Source of the DNA: Psychrobacter cryohalolentis K5
Lineage (GTDB): Bacteria > Pseudomonadota > Gammaproteobacteria > Pseudomonadales > Moraxellaceae
Direction of reading: 5' to 3'
Assembly (NCBI RefSeq): GCF_000013905.1
Contig: NC_007969.1
Location: forward strand, 1,200,001 to 1,232,000
DNA length: 32,000 bases
Within the stretch, counting starts at the first letter, position 1, and the number at the start of each line of letters is the position of its first letter. Shown in pieces: positions 28,562-32,000 of the stretch. A program made the position numbers and the translations under genes. The notes beneath the pieces were generated by a model. That model was given only the letters and a program-made list of their open reading frames with translations. It was not told the DNA's origin and did no database searches.

Positions 28562-29113
28562 ATGATTCTGTATATTTGGCGTCATCCAAAACCTATTACG
28601 GCTGGTGGTCTCTGTATCGGACAGACAGATGTAGAAGTCGATAAACGTAAACTAAAACGCCTTGCTAATAAAATACAGCGCTTTGTACGTCTACAGCAAT
28701 TACCAAAAGTGATTTGGGTTAGCCCCTTACAGCGTTCACTAAAGGTCGGGGAAATATTGGCACAGCGCGGTTTTGAGTGTCGAGTCGCACCTAAATTGGC
28801 TGAGATTCATTTCGGTGATTGGGATGGTCAGTCTTGGAAACAGATTGAGAAACAACAAATTGATGAATGGTGCAATAATTTTGCCCACTTTGCGCCTGAT
28901 CATGGTGAAAGTTTGCAACAGCTGTTTAATCGAGCGGAGAGCTGGTTGGATAAAATTGCAGCTGAACAAAAAGATAGCCCAGTATTAGCCATCGGTCATG
29001 CTGGTTGGATCAATAGCGCTAAGATGATCGCGACTGGTCAAGAGGTACCAAACCTTGCAATTAACTGGCCACACTCTGTAGGATATTTATCCTGTAGTCA
29101 TATTGATATTTAA
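28562..29113 (+). CDS. cobC: histidine phosphatase family protein (probable alpha-ribazole phosphatase, CobC-like)
   Basis: 183 aa. The N-terminal phosphohistidine motif is LYIWRHP (RHP rather than RHG), and a distal His is present in AIGHAGW. Its position directly after cobT-cobS supports the CobC role. Confidence 0.65.
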   Translation: MILYIWRHPKPITAGGLCIGQTDVEVDKRKLKRLANKIQRFVRLQQLPKVIWVSPLQRSLKVGEILAQRGFECRVAPKLAEIHFGDWDGQSWKQIEKQQIDEWCNNFAHFAPDHGESLQQLFNRAESWLDKIAAEQKDSPVLAIGHAGWINSAKMIATGQEVPNLAINWPHSVGYLSCSHIDI

Positions 29114-29178
29114 CCAAAAAAATGATAATTATAATGACCGTTTTTAATATTTGATTATAGTTTAAAAGTGTTGAAATG

Positions 29179-29424
29179 CTACTGACAATCATTTGATAAA
29201 TCATTGATCTTCTCAAAACATGCTCTCTCAGTTTCTGCTATAGCCGAATCAAAGCTCACATAAATGCCTTTGTCATCTAAGGTCGCATACCAATGGTCAG
29301 TATTATTATCGGTTAATATTTGGAAGTATTTATTATTAACGATTCTACCAACCTTATAAGTTTTGCCTTCGGTATAAAAGTCATTGCCTTGAGTACATCG
29401 TAAAGTGTCATCAGTATTTATCAT
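29179..29424 (-). CDS. hypothetical small protein (81 aa)
   Basis: An AGGAT RBS is present. The ORF is noticeably AT-rich and I recognise no family. Confidence 0.4.
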   Translation of the reverse strand: MINTDDTLRCTQGNDFYTEGKTYKVGRIVNNKYFQILTDNNTDHWYATLDDKGIYVSFDSAIAETERACFEKINDLSNDCQ

Positions 29425-29581
29425 GGTATCCTAGATTTCATTCATAAAATATATATCGTCAGCATAGTGACTAGTAGGATTAGAATACAACAGACGTTAT
29501 CAATAGTCTTTTGTCATTGCGTATACAGTGTTTATTGTCTGTATCAGTACTAATACAAATAACGAAGTCCAAATCCAACAC

Positions 29582-29617
29582 AAAAAAAACCAGCAACCTA
29601 AAGTTGCTGGTTTTTTA
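29582..29617. terminator. Rho-independent terminator after rplI (symmetric A/T flanks)
   Basis: AAAAAAAACCAGCAAC-CTAAA-GTTGCTGGTTTTTT lies 30 nt downstream of the rplI stop codon on the minus strand. Confidence 0.88.
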
Positions 29618-29645
29618 TTGCGACTAAAACTTAGTATGCTAAAGA

Positions 29646-30158
29646 TTACTCTTCAGAATAGTCTTCGTTTTCGTCTGCAGCATTGTCTTCGTCTAAATCT
29701 TCGTTGTCGCCATCTTCAGAAAGAATGGTAACTAGAATAGTAGCCGTAACGTCATGATGTAGTTGAATATCAACATTATATTCACCAATTTGACGCAAAG
29801 TGCCTTCAGGTAGCTTGATTTCAGCACGGTCAACTTCTAGACCTGAGTTAGTCAATGCTTCAGCGATATCGCGTGTACCGATAGAGCCGAATAGCTTGCC
29901 TTCGTCACCTGATTTAGCGCGCATGATAACATTAACGTCAGTTAATGCGTCAGCACGTTCTTGAGCAACCGCTACTTCTTTTGCTTCTTCAGCTTCAAGT
30001 TCAGCACGACGTGCTTCGAACTTTTCAATGTTAGCTTTAGTAGCAGGTAGTGCTTTACCCAAAGGGATAAGAAAGTTACGTCCGTAACCTGGTTTTACAT
30101 CGACAGTTTCACCGAGTTTGCCAAGGTTGACGATACGCTGTAACAAAATAATTTGCAT
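29646..30158 (-). CDS. rplI: 50S ribosomal protein L9 (with acidic C-terminal tail)
   Basis: The N-terminus [32 protein letters not shown] is canonical L9. At 170 aa the protein is long, because of the tail [23 protein letters not shown]. Confidence 0.95.
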   Translation of the reverse strand: MQIILLQRIVNLGKLGETVDVKPGYGRNFLIPLGKALPATKANIEKFEARRAELEAEEAKEVAVAQERADALTDVNVIMRAKSGDEGKLFGSIGTRDIAEALTNSGLEVDRAEIKLPEGTLRQIGEYNVDIQLHHDVTATILVTILSEDGDNEDLDEDNAADENEDYSEE

Positions 30159-30178
30159 GAGTCATTCCTAGTTAACGG

Positions 30179-30409
30179 TTAACCCTGATGGTTATCAGTG
30201 TATGGAAGTAGCGATAAATAACGAGCTTGCTTGATAGCAGTCGCTAGTTGACGCTGATATTTAGTAGACGTACCGGTAATACGGCTTGGTACGATTTTGC
30301 CATTATCACTGATATACTGTTTTAGCAATTCAACATCTTTATAATCGATGTGAGTGATACCTTCAGCAGTGAAACGGCAGAATTTGCGACGGCGATAAAA
30401 ACGTGCCAT
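30179..30409 (-). CDS. rpsR: 30S ribosomal protein S18
   Basis: 76 aa. RRRKFCRF and [27 protein letters not shown] are canonical S18 segments. An AAGGAG RBS is present. Confidence 0.97.
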   Translation of the reverse strand: MARFYRRRKFCRFTAEGITHIDYKDVELLKQYISDNGKIVPSRITGTSTKYQRQLATAIKQARYLSLLPYTDNHQG

Positions 30410-30425
30410 GATTATGCTCCTTTAA

Positions 30426-30821
30426 TTAGTCATCACTGTGGTTGTCGTTGTCATCATTACTGTCTGGACGACGAGTAGTAGCTTTGCGTGCGCGTTTTTC
30501 ATCGGCATTCTTGGCTAACTGCGACTCTTCAGTGACAGCATCATCACGGCGCATAACTAGACTACGAATGATCGCGTCGTTATAACGGAATAATTCTTCA
30601 AGTTCAGCTAAAGTCTCGCCGTCAGTTTCAATGTTGAAAAGAACGTAATGAGCTTTGTGAATCTTGTTAATTGGGTAAGCAAGTTGACGACGACCCCAAT
30701 CTTCTAGACGATGGATAGTGCCGTTGTTGTCTTGAACTAACTTGATATAGCGTTCAACCATGCCGACCACTTGGTCGCTTTGGTCTGGGTGTACAAGTAA
30801 CACCAGTTCGTAATGTCGCAT
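30426..30821 (-). CDS. rpsF: 30S ribosomal protein S6
   Basis: The N-terminus [18 protein letters not shown] is canonical S6, and the C-terminus is D/N-rich and acidic. An AAGGAG RBS is present. Confidence 0.96.
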   Translation of the reverse strand: MRHYELVLLVHPDQSDQVVGMVERYIKLVQDNNGTIHRLEDWGRRQLAYPINKIHKAHYVLFNIETDGETLAELEELFRYNDAIIRSLVMRRDDAVTEESQLAKNADEKRARKATTRRPDSNDDNDNHSDD

Positions 30822-30826
30822 TATGA

Positions 30827-30872
30827 CTCCTTACGGATTAGTAGCTATTAACCCTATGTTAATAGCAAGGAG
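30827..30872 (-). promoter_or_regulatory. rpsF 5' leader structure (candidate S6:S18 autoregulatory element)
   Basis: On the minus-strand RNA, CUCCUU (30872-30867) can pair with the SD AAGGAG (30832-30827). That helix encloses a perfect 9-bp hairpin, GCUAUUAAC-AUAGG-GUUAAUAGC, and an asymmetric loop, UACUAAUCCGU, which contains CCG. Confidence 0.5.
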
Positions 30873-31041
30873 ATTTATAAGGTAAGCTCAAATCCTACCC
30901 ATTACTATAAATAATTAACAGAGAATAAGCTTAGTTTATAAAGCGCCGTATTATAACAGTAGTCACTGATGAACACAAAGGTTAATCAATGCGCAACTGT
31001 TAATAAAAATTATTAATCGCATACCTTGTTTCTTTATCAAT

Positions 31042-31066
31042 AAAAAAGCAACGCTGATACGTCGCT
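31042..31066 (-). terminator. Rho-independent terminator after the RDD-family gene
   Basis: On the minus-strand RNA, AGCGACG-UAUCAG-CGUUGCU forms a 7-bp stem with one G-U pair, followed by UUUUUU. Confidence 0.65.
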
Positions 31067-31111
31067 TTCTATGACAAACATAAGAGATATTGTTAATAAT
31101 CAAAAATAGGA

Positions 31112-32000
31112 TTATTTTATTTTTGGCTCTTTTATCAATTGACTACTATCTGCTTTAACTACCAAAGTTTTGGCCAATTTGTCGTGCCAACCAATGTTTT
31201 CAGGGCTTTTAGACGCCATATAATAATGAATAGCAATAAGGACAAAGCCTAAAAAGCTGGTAAACGAGAATAGTAAGTTATAAATGATAAACAGCAAAAA
31301 GGTACGCATACCAATAAGCTTTAAAAATGATGGCAGACGATGGGTGGTTTGATCAACCACACGAATACCCGTAATCATTTTGCCCAGCGATTGACCACGT
31401 AAAGTGATAAATAACAATTGCAAGGCAAACAAACCAAAGACCATGACCTGCGAGATCATCAACGTGCTGCTAGGCAAGCTTTCCATCAATGTCACTGAGT
31501 ACTGATAAGCAGCGTCCATATCCTGAATATTTTGGAACTTGGTATAGTCGACATCCATCTTGGTCAATGCCATGACTAGTGGAAAAATAGCTAATAAATA
31601 CAGTAAAGCATTCAGCGCCGTTGCCAATATCCGTGACATGATAGGAGCGAGTATCACATTACCCACTACTTTATCTTTCGCTGAAGCAGCCTTGGTCGCG
31701 TTAGATTTATTTAATGACACGTTGCTATTTGGCGTGTGATGACGATTGGTTGTCATATCTGCTTTGGTGTTTTTAGCCGTGTCTTTTGAACGTTCAGGCT
31801 TGCCATATAAACGATCTAGCGATACCGATTGTTTGTCTTTATTGGTATCTGCTGCATCGTCTTCTGGGAAGATAGTAACGTTGTTAATGATAGAATCATT
31901 AACCTCAGGCATCGCTACATGAGTTGGGCGATAAAAGGCTTGATTATTAGTTAAGTTACCCATGCGCTGCCACTGATCTAAGCCGTCATGCCAGACCAAA
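31112..32000 (-). CDS. RDD family membrane protein with an N-terminal GYF_2-like domain (N-terminus outside the window)
   Basis: The ORF is open to the window edge. VWHDGLDQWQRMGNL resembles the end of a GYF_2 (DUF4339) domain. A long polar linker follows, then an RDD-type TM region (RGQSLGKMITGIRVVD) with 3-4 hydrophobic helices. Confidence 0.75.
   Translation of the reverse strand, partial: LVWHDGLDQWQRMGNLTNNQAFYRPTHVAMPEVNDSIINNVTIFPEDDAADTNKDKQSVSLDRLYGKPERSKDTAKNTKADMTTNRHHTPNSNVSLNKSNATKAASAKDKVVGNVILAPIMSRILATALNALLYLLAIFPLVMALTKMDVDYTKFQNIQDMDAAYQYSVTLMESLPSSTLMISQVMVFGLFALQLLFITLRGQSLGKMITGIRVVDQTTHRLPSFLKLIGMRTFLLFIIYNLLFSFTSFLGFVLIAIHYYMASKSPENIGWHDKLAKTLVVKADSSQLIKEPKIK

Noticed and set aside
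29425-29617. A possible plus-strand sRNA ending at the bidirectional terminator at 29582-29617, and the listed ORF at 29528-29731 (+).
   Set aside because: No convincing -35/-10 pair sits upstream on the plus strand. The hairpin is fully explained as the rplI terminator with symmetric A/T flanks. The 67-aa ORF runs through the terminator and antisense into the low-complexity rplI tail.
30410-30425. The absence of priB between rpsF and rpsR (E. coli has rpsF-priB-rpsR-rplI).
   Set aside because: The spacer is only 16 nt. The three-gene arrangement without priB is common outside the enterics, so it is not anomalous.
1-32000. I searched for CRISPR arrays, IS elements or transposases, integrases, phage genes, tRNA/rRNA genes and long dispersed repeats.
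   Set aside because: I saw no periodic repeat-spacer structure and no transposase, integrase or phage-like ORF. No tRNA-like T-arm context turned up; the only GGTTCGA lies inside the RidA coding region. The only repeats found are the short regulatory ones reported above. A tRNAscan/Infernal run would be needed for certainty.

Overview
The window is a 32-kb, moderately AT-rich gammaproteobacterial chromosomal segment. The proteins and codon style resemble Moraxellaceae such as Psychrobacter, but that assignment is only a guess. I support about 30 protein-coding genes. I found no rRNA or tRNA genes, CRISPR arrays, transposases, integrases or phage genes.

Gene content, left to right:
- An MscS-family channel (5' partial), then guaB, glmM and pdxH.
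- An MFS pump and a HlyD-type adaptor gene on the minus strand.
- A minus-strand run of detoxification-type genes: GST, a DJ-1/PfpI protein, a CurA-like NADPH enone reductase and a YqhD-like Fe-alcohol dehydrogenase. It is followed by a TetR regulator and a divergent aldehyde dehydrogenase.
- A small orphan ORF divergent from an orphan UvrD-family helicase.
- An FAD amino-acid dehydrogenase-like gene with a RidA gene, then a small helical orphan.
- An enoyl-CoA hydratase, and a VOC gene divergent from a LysR regulator.
- A GntP permease and glycerate kinase operon.
- cobT, cobS and a cobC-like gene, then a small orphan.
- rpsF, rpsR and rplI, then a GYF/RDD membrane protein (partial at the 3' window edge).

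I do not see convincing evidence for a novel multi-gene system such as a defence island. The window looks like core and metabolic chromosome. The most interesting sequence-level signal is a 20-bp motif with 18/20 identical positions and an internal dyad. It sits at both promoter regions around the TetR gene and suggests a TetR-controlled reactive-aldehyde/electrophile detoxification regulon. Secondary curiosities are:
- the orphan helicase and its divergent small ORF;
- an rpsF leader that sequesters the Shine-Dalgarno sequence;
- acidic or disordered protein extensions on L9, S6 and the HlyD adaptor;
- a cob nucleotide-loop cluster with no visible B12 riboswitch.
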